A stretch of DNA of 64,000 bases, taken from the NCBI GenBank assembly GCA_021647705.1, contig JAKIUF010000002.1, positions 137,295 to 201,294 on the forward strand. The letters run 5' to 3'. This DNA comes from Gammaproteobacteria bacterium. Its GTDB lineage: Bacteria > Pseudomonadota > Gammaproteobacteria > SZUA-152. The stretch's first letter is position 1. Every line of letters starts with the position of its first letter. Position numbers and translations under genes: made by a program. Below the pieces are notes generated by a model. That model worked only from the letters and a program-made list of their open reading frames with translations, searched no databases and had not been told where the DNA came from. Shown here one piece after another: positions 53,395 through 63,375 of this stretch.

Positions 53395-54027
53395 TTATTT
53401 TATGGTTCCATGCACACGTTTGTTGCGTAGCCATTTGAGCAGGGGCTGCCATTGCTCGATGTCCTGAGCGACCAAAGACGGTGTCAGTTCAAAAATTCCT
53501 AACCCCTGTTCTTCGGCATGAATGTAATTTTGTGTGTCACGCAGGGTAGCAATGAAAGGGATTTTCAAGCTCTTCAGGAATCTTTCCAGTTTGTGATAAA
53601 CCAGTGTATTTTCCCGTACGCGGTTGGCGATAACAGCCAGCTTGGTCTGTTTTCGCGAGACTTTGCCGACTAACAATAAATCACGGATGAAATGTGATGC
53701 GGCACGAATGTCGATGGGGGAAGGTAATACCGGAATGAGAATAGTGTCGGCGCGTTTCACCATGGCGGTGAGGTCTTTGCCACTGATGCCTGCGGGGACA
53801 TCATAAATGGCCACATCAATGTTGCGGGGAATACGCATGCCTTGTTCGGTGCCGTCGATACCGAGAATTTCCCAATCATCTTCTGAGCGAACGGCCAGCC
53901 ATTCCAGGCCGGATTTTTGCGGATCAAAGTCCACCAGAGCGACAGCTTTGCCCTCAGTGGCGTAGTGGCTGGCAAGATTACTGGCCAGTGTGCTTTTACC
54001 GCAACCTCCCTTGGCGTTCAATAACAT
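53395..54027 (-). CDS. ParA/MinD-family P-loop ATPase (orphan, no adjacent parB)
   Basis: Deviant Walker A NAKGGCGKST. Confidence 0.75.
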   Translation of the reverse strand: MLLNAKGGCGKSTLASNLASHYATEGKAVALVDFDPQKSGLEWLAVRSEDDWEILGIDGTEQGMRIPRNIDVAIYDVPAGISGKDLTAMVKRADTILIPVLPSPIDIRAASHFIRDLLLVGKVSRKQTKLAVIANRVRENTLVYHKLERFLKSLKIPFIATLRDTQNYIHAEEQGLGIFELTPSLVAQDIEQWQPLLKWLRNKRVHGTIK

Positions 54028-54129
54028 AATGCTGCGCATGATCGCGTCCTTTTTATCGGTCTGAATTTATCGGGCTGCCATTAGCCGCTGGTCGATTATA
54101 GTGGCAGACCGGTAAAAAAGTCGCGGGTA

Positions 54130-55623
54130 TTATGGCGTGTTGTCATCATTGGGTAGATTGTCAATTTCCAGTGATTTCCATATGTTATCGACTTTTTCTT
54201 TCACTTCTTCAGTCATTTGAATGGGCTCCCCCCATTCGCGGTTAGTTTCGCCGGGCCATTTGTTGGTGGCATCAAAACCCATTTTTGAGCCCAGCCCACT
54301 CACCGGGGAGGCAAAGTCCAGATAGTCGATAGGTGTGTTTTCGATGATGGTGGTATCGCGCGCGGGGTCCATGCGCGTGGTCATCGCCCAGATTACATCC
54401 TCCCAATTGCGGATATCCACATCGTCATCGCAGACCACCACGAACTTGGTGTACATAAACTGGCGTAAAAATGACCACACTCCCAGCATCACGCGCTTGG
54501 CATGGCCGGGGTACTGTTTTTTCATGCTCACGCAGGCCCAGCGATAGGAGCAGCCCTCGGGCGGTAGATAAAAATCCACGATTTCCGGGAATTGTTTTTG
54601 CAGAATGGGTACAAAAACCTCGTTCAATGCCACGCCCAATACGGCGGGCTCATCGGGCGGGCGGCCCGTGTAGGTGCTGTGATAAATAGGCTCGCGGCGA
54701 TGGGTGATACGCTCAATGGTAAATACCGGGAATTTATCCACTTCATTGTAATAGCCGGTGTGGTCGCCAAAGGGACCCTCGTCAGCGACAACGCCTTCTT
54801 CCAGATAACCCTCCAGCACAAACTCAGCAGAGGCAGGCACCTGCAACCCGGAATTACCGCATTGCACCACCTCGGTTTTGGAGCCACGCAGCAGACCCGC
54901 GAAGCCGTATTCGGAGAGAGCATCCGGCACCGGGGTCACCGCCGCGAGGATGGTTGCCGGGTCTGCGCCCAGAGCCACAGCAATGGGGAAGCGCTCGCCA
55001 GGGTGTGTCGCACACCAGTCGCGAAAATCCAGAGCACCGCCACGGTGGGCCAGCCAGCGCATGATCACCTGATTTTTGCCGATGACCTGCTGACGGTAAA
55101 TACCTAAATTTTGTCTGTCTTTGTCCGGGCCTTTGGTGACCACCAGCCCCCAGGTAATCAATGGTCCCGCGTCCCCGGGCCAGCAAGTCTGGATGGGCAG
55201 CTTGCCTAAATCGACATCATCACCTTCGATAACAATATCCTGACAGGGGGCTTTTTTCACCACTTTGGGGGCCATGTTTAGCACCTGTTTAAACACAGGC
55301 AGCTTGTCCCACGCATCCTTCATGCCCTTGGGCGGATCAGGCTCTTTCAGAAAAGCCAGCAGTTTGCCCACTTCACGCAATGCCTCCACGGATTCCTCGC
55401 CCATGCCCAGAGCCACACGCTCCGGGGTGCCAAACAGATTGCCCAATACAGGAAAGTCTGAGCCCACGACATTTTCAAACAACAGTGCCGGGCCACGCGC
55501 ACGCAGAGTGCGGTCGCAGATTTCGGTCATCTCCAGATTGGGGTCCACCACCTGGCTGATGCGTTTCAGCAGGCCACGTTTTTCCAGCTGGGTAATAAAG
55601 TCGCGCAGATCCTGATATTTCAT
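54130..55623 (-). CDS. ubiD: 4-hydroxy-3-polyprenylbenzoate decarboxylase
   Basis: UbiD-family signature across the full length (497 aa). Confidence 0.9.
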   Translation of the reverse strand: MKYQDLRDFITQLEKRGLLKRISQVVDPNLEMTEICDRTLRARGPALLFENVVGSDFPVLGNLFGTPERVALGMGEESVEALREVGKLLAFLKEPDPPKGMKDAWDKLPVFKQVLNMAPKVVKKAPCQDIVIEGDDVDLGKLPIQTCWPGDAGPLITWGLVVTKGPDKDRQNLGIYRQQVIGKNQVIMRWLAHRGGALDFRDWCATHPGERFPIAVALGADPATILAAVTPVPDALSEYGFAGLLRGSKTEVVQCGNSGLQVPASAEFVLEGYLEEGVVADEGPFGDHTGYYNEVDKFPVFTIERITHRREPIYHSTYTGRPPDEPAVLGVALNEVFVPILQKQFPEIVDFYLPPEGCSYRWACVSMKKQYPGHAKRVMLGVWSFLRQFMYTKFVVVCDDDVDIRNWEDVIWAMTTRMDPARDTTIIENTPIDYLDFASPVSGLGSKMGFDATNKWPGETNREWGEPIQMTEEVKEKVDNIWKSLEIDNLPNDDNTP

Positions 55624-56086
55624 CGTTTTTTATTTTTAACAGGAGAATTACAATCCCCCGTCCTCAAGCCACATTGTTGTTTTCACCCCTTTTCCTCTTG
55701 AAGGCTAAGCCGGGTAGGGTGGAACAAGCGTAGCGGTTCCACCAAACGGGAAAAGGGACATGTTCAAAGTTCGATCAGCTATTGTCGTTTGCCAGTGAGT
55801 TGTTGTTGCATGAGGGCTTTTTTCTCCTGTTTCAGGCAGTCCGGTTTTTGTTGTAGAGTTCTTTTGTCAGCGGTCGTGGGCACAGAGGCAATTTGTTGTT
55901 TTTTATAGCCTATTTGGTGGAACCGCTGCGCTTGTTCCACCCTACAGTTTTATGCTGTATTGGATGAGGGTGAATGGCATCGAAGTTAATTTTTGACCCT
56001 CATCCTGGTTTTTAGCCATAACCCGAAGCCACTGGTTTTAGCCACTGGAGTCTTCACAGAGATGATCAGCATACCAGAAAGCAGGA

Positions 56087-57703
56087 TTATGACGCCTTGA
56101 CCGAACCTGTGTCAGGTACATCATTGAACAAAGCCGCAGTCTCCTGCCAAACATCGTCAGCAAAGCCACTGCCCGCCTCGGCGTAAAGGTTAACAGCATA
56201 ATCCACACCAGCCTGTTTCAGGCGCTCGACTTCGTCATCGTACTTGGCAATGGCCGCAATGCGGCCCGGATAGTCCAGCTTGCGAATTTGCTGTACAGCA
56301 GCAAGATTCTCATGGTGACTGGGCATGGCCAGCAGAATCAGTTTCAGCATATTTTTATCCAGCTCCATGCGCTCCCAAAATTCCGGATCAGTGGCACTGC
56401 CCGCGATGACACGGCGACCGGCGGCAAGATGATCCTGTGCGGTCTGGTCATCCTGATCAATACCCAGTACAACATTGCCAAGACGGCTATGCATGCATTC
56501 GTAGGCACCACTACCCACCCGGCCCATACCAAGAATCATCACCGAAGTATCGCCGGGCTTGATATCAGCCTCCTCGGGGATACGGGCCTGGGTTTCAGTG
56601 CGCAGCAATTTTGCGCGATAACGGCTGTAGAGCCGGTTCGACGCCATATTCAGTGGCGCAGCAATAATGAACGAAACAGCCAGGGCGATAGCAATGATGG
56701 CCAGCCAGTCACCACCGAGCCAGCCGCTGGATACCGCAATAGCCGCGACAATAAGGCCAAACTCACTGTAATTAGCCAGACTGAGACTGCCGAGAAAGGC
56801 TGTGCGGGCGCGTAGCCGGAAGCGTGAAAACAGCCAGAAAAACAGACCGGTCTTCAGCGGCAACAGCAAAGCCAGCAGCAGAGCGATACCCACGGTTTGT
56901 GTTGTGAGGCCGCCAGCAAGGCCGATGGTGAGGAAAAAGCCCACCAGAAAAAGATCCTTGAAACTCAATAGATGGCGAGCCAGTTCCTCGGACTTGGGAT
57001 GCGTTGCCAGCAACAGACCAAGAATAAGCGCGCCGAGATCACCCTTTATGCCCACCATCTCAAATATCGTTGCACCGCCCAAAGCCAGACTGAGCCCAAA
57101 CAAAACCAGCAGCTCACCATGACCGGCCTTTTCCATGGCCAGCGTGAGCAAAGGGCGTAGCGGGATCAGCCCCAACAGCAGCAGAGCCCAGGGTGTGGGG
57201 ATCTTGCCAACGGAAAGCGCAAGAAACACCACCGCAATAATGTCCTGCACAATCAGCACGCCAATAGCGATACGACTATACAAGGCAGACATATCACCAG
57301 AGTCTTCCAGCACCTTGACCGCAAAGACAGTGCTGGAAAAACTCAAGGCGAAAGCAGCCAGTAGAATGCTAGTAAATTCGAGCTGGCTGAAAAACATTAG
57401 CCCGGCAAGGCCCAGGGCATAAAAACCGATGGAAGTGAACAGCACAATAGCGACCATGTGCAGCGAAGCCACAGCCCAGACTTGAGGCATCAGCAAATTG
57501 CGCAGGCGCAGCTTGAGACCAATGATAAACAGCAGCAGGGTAATACCCAACTGCGCAAACAGATCAAGGCCGGGCGTACTGCGTATACCCAGCGCAAACA
57601 GCAAAAAACCAGCGATGAGATAACCCACCATTGGCGGTAGGCCCGCCTGTCTGGCCCCCAGACCGAGCAAAAAAGCAGCAGCAATGGCGAGAATTTCGGT
57701 CAT
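56087..57703 (-). CDS. CPA2-family monovalent cation:proton antiporter with C-terminal TrkA-N (KTN/RCK) domain (YbaL/KefB-like)
   Basis: Na+/H+ exchanger TM domain followed by Rossmann GxGxxG (ILGMGRVGSGAYE). Confidence 0.85.
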   Translation of the reverse strand: MTEILAIAAAFLLGLGARQAGLPPMVGYLIAGFLLFALGIRSTPGLDLFAQLGITLLLFIIGLKLRLRNLLMPQVWAVASLHMVAIVLFTSIGFYALGLAGLMFFSQLEFTSILLAAFALSFSSTVFAVKVLEDSGDMSALYSRIAIGVLIVQDIIAVVFLALSVGKIPTPWALLLLGLIPLRPLLTLAMEKAGHGELLVLFGLSLALGGATIFEMVGIKGDLGALILGLLLATHPKSEELARHLLSFKDLFLVGFFLTIGLAGGLTTQTVGIALLLALLLPLKTGLFFWLFSRFRLRARTAFLGSLSLANYSEFGLIVAAIAVSSGWLGGDWLAIIAIALAVSFIIAAPLNMASNRLYSRYRAKLLRTETQARIPEEADIKPGDTSVMILGMGRVGSGAYECMHSRLGNVVLGIDQDDQTAQDHLAAGRRVIAGSATDPEFWERMELDKNMLKLILLAMPSHHENLAAVQQIRKLDYPGRIAAIAKYDDEVERLKQAGVDYAVNLYAEAGSGFADDVWQETAALFNDVPDTGSVKAS

Positions 57704-57710
57704 GGAACCT

Positions 57711-58493
57711 TCAGTCCTCGGAAAATTCGGCGACCACCGGGGCGTGATCCGAAGGTCGTTCCAGCTTGCGAGGTTCCTTGTCCACATAACTGGCCGTGCA
57801 GCGCTTGCTCATGGCCGGACTGGAAAGCAGCAAATCGATACGCATACCGTGGTTGCGACGGAAACCGGCCGCACGATAATCCCACCAGCTATAGGTTTTT
57901 TCATCCTGCTCAAACAGGCGGAAAGTGTCGGTTAATCCCATATCGATGAGCCGCTGAAAGGCGGCACGTTCCGGCGGACTGACGAGAATTTTATCTTTCC
58001 AGCCCTCGGGGTCCCATAAATCACGGTCATCGGGTGCGATATTAAAATCGCCCACCACCACAAATTTTTCATGTGCCGCCAACTGGCTTTCAATATATTT
58101 TTCCAGCGCCGCCAGCCAGCCCAGCTTGTACTCGTATTTTTCCGAGCCCACCTCAGAACCGTTGGGCACATACAAATTCAAAAAACGTACATCACCGCTG
58201 TCAGTGTGTACCGTTGCGCCCAGCACACGCCGTTGCGGATCATCCAGCCCCGGCAGATCAGTAACAACGTCGGAAGCTTCCGCCTTGCTCAGCAGCGCCA
58301 CCCCGTTATAGGTTTTTTGTCCCGCAAAAGCGACGTGATAACCCGCTGCCTGAATATCCTCCAGCGGAAAATTATCATCAATGGTTTTGGTTTCTTGCAA
58401 CCCGAGTATGTCGGGCTGATGTTCAGCCAGCCAGTCCAGCACATGAGGCAGGCGGACTTTCAGAGAATTAACGTTCCAGGAAGCGAGTTTCAT
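57711..58493 (-). CDS. xthA: Exodeoxyribonuclease III
   Basis: MKLASWNVNSLKVRL.. EEP nuclease signature; C-terminal SDHAPV. Confidence 0.9.
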   Translation of the reverse strand: MKLASWNVNSLKVRLPHVLDWLAEHQPDILGLQETKTIDDNFPLEDIQAAGYHVAFAGQKTYNGVALLSKAEASDVVTDLPGLDDPQRRVLGATVHTDSGDVRFLNLYVPNGSEVGSEKYEYKLGWLAALEKYIESQLAAHEKFVVVGDFNIAPDDRDLWDPEGWKDKILVSPPERAAFQRLIDMGLTDTFRLFEQDEKTYSWWDYRAAGFRRNHGMRIDLLLSSPAMSKRCTASYVDKEPRKLERPSDHAPVVAEFSED

Positions 58494-58767
58494 TGTGTAT
58501 TCCAGAGGGTGTCTTGAAGGGTTCGCCAACGCAAAGCGGCGCAACACGGTGTTCAATAAACGTGTAATGATAACGTAGGTAACCTTTAACGGTTGAAAAT
58601 ATTTAACCTGGGTGTTGCAAGTAACGGGTTTGTGGGCACATCCTGTGGGTTATCATTTTCCCCGTCATTTTGGCGCAGGCCGGAATCCAGAGGTTTACTC
58701 TCTCGGGCGAGCATTCCGGTACATTGGGAGCTTATGTTGTCGTGGCACTGACAAGTGGTGTGTTATA

Positions 58768-58888
58768 AACGCAGAGACGCAAAGAAAAACATTAAAAACT
58801 CTGCGTTCTTTGCGACCTCTGCGTTAAATGCCCGGTAGCCTTTTAAAAGTAGCGTGTTTTTAGCGCTTAATTCACATTTTAACATCAG
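58768..58888. repeat. REP-like palindromic repeat, copy D (between xthA and intI)
   Basis: aaacgcagagacgcaaag..ctctgcgttctttgcgacctctgcgttaaatgcccgg..TTTTTAGCGCTTAATTCACATTTT. Confidence 0.6.
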
Positions 58889-58915
58889 GCAAGAGTTTGA
58901 GATCCATAGCTGCGG

Positions 58916-59849
58916 CTATCCGGACAAAACCGCACCCAATGGACTCACCACCGCATTTCCGCCCCGGTTCAGTACATGGGTATAGATTTGAGTGGTACGC
59001 ACATCTTTATGCCCCAACTGTTCCTGCACCGTTCGGATATCCATGCCCCGCTCCAGCAAATGCGTGGCAAAAGAATGACGCAACGTATGACAACTGGCGG
59101 GCTTGTGAATCCCCGCCTTGCGAATCGCCTTCTCATCAAAATGATGCCGCCGTTCCACGCCCGAACGAGGATCAATACTGCCACGCCCATTCCGTTGGCG
59201 CATTGGGATATTTTCGTGCCAGAGCATGGGGAAGGTAAACACTGCCAAAACCATCTGCCAAATCTTTATCGTGCGTTTGTCGTCGATTTTCCAGGTGTCG
59301 TTGCAAAGGCACAATCAACTCATCTGACAGCGTCACTACCCGGTCTTTCCCTCCTTTAGCGTTATGCACATAAATCGCACAGCGCAAAAAATCAAGATTC
59401 ATCACCCGCAAGCGTAAACATTCCATCAATCGCAAACCGGAACCGTACATCAAACAGGCCGCAAGCCAATAAAGACCATCCAGCCCTTGTAGAACCGCTT
59501 GTACCTCTTCACGCGTCAACACCACCGGAATCTTTTGCCGTGTTTTGGCGCGCGCCACCCCTTTCAAGCCCTCAATGGGCTGGTCCAACACCACGCGATA
59601 AAGAAACATCAAGGCATTAAAAGCCTGATTCTGTGTACTGGGGGCAACATTTCGATCTACCGCCAAATGCGTCAAAAATGCTGTTACTTCCCGTGCCCCC
59701 ATTTCACGAGGATGCTGTTTGTTATGGAAATAGATAAACCGCTTCACCCAGCCGCTATCAGCTTTTTCGGTTTTCCGGCTGTAATGACGCACACGAATTG
59801 CATCCGAAATCGAACACAGGAAAGGCGAAGAATAATTTGTCGAATCCAT
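58916..59849 (-). pseudogene. intI: Integron integrase intI with apparent frameshift near 59175-59200
   Basis: N-terminal 225-aa ORF (..[17 protein letters not shown]) and overlapping C-terminal ORF (..[50 protein letters not shown]) in different frames; IntI-specific extra domain present. Confidence 0.8.
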
Positions 59850-60305
59850 GACAGTGCTTCCTTAAATGATGCTGATGTTTTGTACAGTAATTTTTATAAT
59901 CCACAAATGCAAGTGGAATATTTTCCCACTTTGGGGTATTTCTACATTCAATATCCTGGCTACACCCCAATATTCCGCAGGGTAAAATGTCCTGAAAATT
60001 CCGACTATCTTATTGAGTTTAATAATTTTTTCAAAAAAATGAAAAAACAGAGCGAACAAAAAACAAACAAATTCACACTAAAAAATACCCCGTGTGATAT
60101 CCCCAAAATGTCTTATTTGCCCGTTTCAATATCCAGCAGGCTCAGGTCATTTTATACTCACCATGAAAATTACCCCGGTAATAAGTCATTGATTATTTAG
60201 TGGGTTTATTAGAGTATTGAGCGGAGCCGGGAATCATCGGCAAATAAATTATTGGATTTTGGGGCGGGGTTATCCCCCCACTCTGGGGTCCATTAAGCGT
60301 TAGAT
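59850..60305 (+). promoter_or_regulatory. attI/Pc region of the right-hand integron, ending in the GTTAGAT recombination core (60299-60305)
   Basis: Upstream of and divergent from intI; GTTAGAT fits GTTRRRY and is the reverse complement of the R'' core (ATCTAAC) of the first attC. Confidence 0.6.
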
Positions 60306-60320
60306 TTAAAAGAGAAATAT

Positions 60321-60826
60321 ATGATAGGAAGCTGGGAGATGTCATCGCTATCAGAACCCAAGCGATACTTTGAGTACTCAAAGGCATATATCCAAGCGAG
60401 CCTCGATATATGTAACAGCATGATAAGTGACAAAAATCGAGAAACATGGCCTAATGCTAATGTTGCATTAATGCTGGCAGCACATTCCGTCGAGCTATTT
60501 CTTAAAGGAGCAATACTCTTAAAGTCAAATAAAGCATGGGGGCACACACTTGAAAATTTAAATTCAACATATCATGATATTTATACTGAAAAAAACTTCA
60601 GTTTAACTGCCCTTTTAGAACCGAATATATAGAAATATCAGAAGAAGAGCAAAGGACTTTAAGAAAGAAAGAGCCTCAACAAAGCATACTTTTCCGCTAT
60701 CCTGTAAAAAAACCGGGAGTTGAATGGAATGGAGTATTTGGGTTTGAACCAAATGATTTTATCGATATTCTCAATGATTTAAATGCTAATTATAATAAGT
60801 TGATTTATAAACATGAAAATAATTAA
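60321..60826 (+). CDS. Hypothetical cassette protein; apparent frameshift near 60615-60632 splits it into two frames
   Basis: ORF 60321..60632 continues in another frame to 60826; 3' end overlaps the protease gene start. Confidence 0.4.
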
Positions 60827-61757
60827 AAATATATTACTAGTCATATTGCCCTTAATACAATCACATGTATATGCACTAGACTCAGGAGAAATATATAAGA
60901 AAAGCATTGAATCTGTGGTTACAGTAGTATCCTTAGATAAAGACAACAAAATATTAATGACAGGAACGGGCTTCTTTGCAAAACATAAAAACCTAATCGC
61001 AACAAATTACCATGTCATTAAAAACACGCACCATCTAAAAATAATAACCTCAGATGATAAGGAGCATAATATTTTTGATATATGCGTTGAAAACGCATCA
61101 AATGACATCGCAATATTACGATCAATTCCTGAAAGACAGCCTTTATCTTTAAATAAAAACACACCAAGTATTGGTGATAAAATTATTTCCATTGGTAGCC
61201 CAATGGGATTATCAGGCAGCTTATCAACTGGCGTTATTGGTGCCATTAGAAAGAATGAAGGGCATAAATATTATCAAATAACATCACCGATATCGCCAGG
61301 CAGTAGTGGTGGCCCTGTTATTGATGAGAACGGACTCGTTCTTGGTATGACAACATTTTATATTAAAGGCGCTCAAAATTTAAATTTTGCAATACCATCC
61401 CCACGAATTTCAACTTATCTAAATACAAGCATGGAATGTTTAAAGAAAAGCAATACGCAGCCTGACACTGCATTGATAAATAAATATTCAGAATCTCTCT
61501 ACGAAAATTACTTAAAAAATAAAGACAGCTACCCTTCAGAAAGGCAAAATATAAAACCTGACGCATACCAATGTATCGCGCAACTCATCAGTGATTTTGG
61601 TACCAAAGAAGAAATTATCGCTCTAAACAATATGTTTATTAATAAGAGTAAATCATTAGATGTCCAGCTATCTCCATATAGAAAAAACATACTCAAATCA
61701 TTAATTAATAACTCAAGTAATAATGAGTGTCTTGCAACAAAAAAATCTAACAATTAG
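60813..61757 (+). CDS. Secreted trypsin-like (S1/DegP-core) serine protease with about 120-aa C-terminal extension of unknown function
   Basis: Signal peptide; catalytic His (TNYHVI), Asp (NDIAIL), Ser (SPGSSGGPV); no PDZ domain. Confidence 0.7.
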   Translation: MKIIKNILLVILPLIQSHVYALDSGEIYKKSIESVVTVVSLDKDNKILMTGTGFFAKHKNLIATNYHVIKNTHHLKIITSDDKEHNIFDICVENASNDIAILRSIPERQPLSLNKNTPSIGDKIISIGSPMGLSGSLSTGVIGAIRKNEGHKYYQITSPISPGSSGGPVIDENGLVLGMTTFYIKGAQNLNFAIPSPRISTYLNTSMECLKKSNTQPDTALINKYSESLYENYLKNKDSYPSERQNIKPDAYQCIAQLISDFGTKEEIIALNNMFINKSKSLDVQLSPYRKNILKSLINNSSNNECLATKKSNN

Positions 61758-61801
61758 CTCAAGCGGACGTAAAAAACACGCCGCTTAGCAAGGCGTTAGG
61801 G
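61745..61801 (+). other. Integron attC site 1 (57 bp): R'' ATCTAAC ... R' GTTAGGG
   Basis: Imperfect inverted repeat gctcAAGCGGacgt / cacgCCGCTTagc between the cores; R'' is the exact reverse complement of the attI core. Confidence 0.65.
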
Positions 61802-61808
61802 GTTAAAA

Positions 61809-62321
61809 ATGTCATTCAATCTTCCAGGCGTTAAACAAGATAGTGATATAGAATCGCTTTTCAAATCTGTCGGTTTTATTGTCGTGCAGTGGGGACACTG
61901 TGAACAGTCTCTGGAGTTGCTAGTTAATACATTGCACCGACAGTTTAGCGGCAGCAAATTACCAAAAAGGAAAAAGATGCCAAGGCAGCTATCTTCAAAA
62001 CTAGATTTTGTTAAAGAATGTGCATTAGGCATACCCGAATTATCTCCGTTTCAAGATGAACTTGAGAGATTGGTTCATGATTTCGAGGACATTAAGCAAA
62101 CTCGCCATGATTTAATACATGGAGCAATAACAGATGATCCAGTTATGGACGGCGTGTTTACCTTCATAAGGCTTCAGGCTGATTCAGATATTCATGAAGT
62201 AAAGCATTTTCAGTACGACTTGCATGATTTTCCAAGAATTTCAAAAATTCTCTTGCGTCTGGGAGCTGATTCACCAAAAGTGGCTCGTCGTATTTTTGAA
62301 GCAAGTCAAAAGATGCCATGA
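61809..62321 (+). CDS. Hypothetical cassette protein (170 aa)
   Basis: Between attC1 and attC2, co-oriented with the cassette array; no recognisable motif. Confidence 0.5.
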   Translation: MSFNLPGVKQDSDIESLFKSVGFIVVQWGHCEQSLELLVNTLHRQFSGSKLPKRKKMPRQLSSKLDFVKECALGIPELSPFQDELERLVHDFEDIKQTRHDLIHGAITDDPVMDGVFTFIRLQADSDIHEVKHFQYDLHDFPRISKILLRLGADSPKVARRIFEASQKMP

Positions 62322-62427
62322 TTTCAATTGAAATAGCATCTGCTGAAAGTGGAGTGTCGCCGTCCCAATGCCAAAGAAGGCTGCCAATCCAGTCTGTTAA
62401 TAGTTCTCTGTTGGTCATAAAATTCAC

Positions 62428-62502
62428 CCCTAACAAACGCCTAGAGACCGACATATTTTGTCACTGCGTTCCAAAATATTCGGCTCAGGCTTAACGTTAT
62501 GC
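62428..62502 (+). other. Integron attC site 2 (75 bp): R'' CCCTAAC ... R' GTTATGC
   Basis: R'' is the exact reverse complement of attC1 R'; internal imperfect palindrome AACGCCTAGAGACCG / CGGCTCAGGCTTAACGTT. Confidence 0.65.
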
Positions 62503-62515
62503 CAAAAGGAAATGA

Positions 62516-62724
62516 ATATGATAAATAAATATCGTGTGCATCTTGAAACAATAGACCCAGATAATGAAGAGCAGGATATTCATTATTCAACATTGGTTGA
62601 AGCCACAAACGAAAACGAGGCCATTGAAATAGCAAAAGATAGACAAGGAGAAGAAAGTCCAGAATTGCCTCGTAGTAAAACATGGGCTTGGCATGCTTAC
62701 AAAACAAATGAAGCCATTGATTAG
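62516..62724 (+). CDS. Hypothetical small acidic cassette protein (69 aa)
   Basis: SD aaaggaaATGaatATG; the longer listed ORF from 62458 begins inside attC2, so the downstream ATG is preferred. Confidence 0.45.
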
Positions 62725-62741
62725 TTATATAAATAAAAGCA

Positions 62742-62775
62742 GGCATCGAATGATTGATGCCTGCTTTTAAAAAGT
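62742..62775. terminator. Bidirectional hairpin terminator between the convergent small ORF and the symE-like gene
   Basis: AAAAGCAGGCATC gaatgatt GATGCCTGCTTTT perfect 13-bp stem with A and T runs. Confidence 0.65.
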
Positions 62776-62778
62776 AAG

Positions 62779-63039
62779 TTATTGTGGAGTGATGATTAAT
62801 CGATTTTGAGTAACTTGTACACAAATAGGAAGCCCAATAACAAAGCCAGATTCTTCAAGCCATGTTCCTTTGAGTAAAATAAAAGGAGTTTTAGGGTTGC
62901 CTTTATGAGGCGCGGATTTTAAGCAATAGTCACGATGCCCTTCTCGAACTATAATATGACGTTTATTCATGATTATTTCCTTGTGCAAATGGTTAAAAAC
63001 CACCACCGCCAAGGTACGAATCTTAGGGTGGTGGGCCAT
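62779..63039 (-). CDS. symE: SymE-family type I toxin-like protein (SOS-induced toxin family)
   Basis: ..RDYCLKSAPHKGNPKTPFILLKGTWLEESGFVIGLPICVQVTQNRLIITPQ resembles the E. coli SymE core [42 protein letters not shown]. Confidence 0.55.
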   Translation of the reverse strand: MAHHPKIRTLAVVVFNHLHKEIIMNKRHIIVREGHRDYCLKSAPHKGNPKTPFILLKGTWLEESGFVIGLPICVQVTQNRLIITPQ

Positions 63040-63260
63040 ATGAGGTTCGTACTACCGCGCACAAGGAACGGCCACCCGAAGGTGCCCCATACAGCCCACC
63101 GTAAAAGGGGGCAAGCCACAAAAAAAGACGCTGGCTACAATGTAGGCGTCTTTCAGGTGGCACCTTGTGTCTTGCGGGGTACGAATCCCGGCCTGATTTA
63201 CATCAAGCAAATCAACTGTAATTTAATGAGTTGGCTCTGTCAACATCGTGCCAAAATATG

Positions 63261-63351
63261 GCATAACACGGCGCTCCACCTGACTGCCAAAAGCTGCGCT
63301 GCTCGTACCTCGCTCTGCAACTTTTGGCAGCCAGTGAGCTAGGAGTTATGC
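63261..63351 (+). other. Integron attC site 3 (91 bp): R'' GCATAAC ... R' GTTATGC
   Basis: R'' is the exact reverse complement of attC2 R'; internal inverted repeat CTGACTGCCAAAAGCTGCG / CTGCAACTTTTGGCAGCCAG. Confidence 0.65.
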
Positions 63352-63375
63352 AACAAAACGAAAGGAGGAAACACA

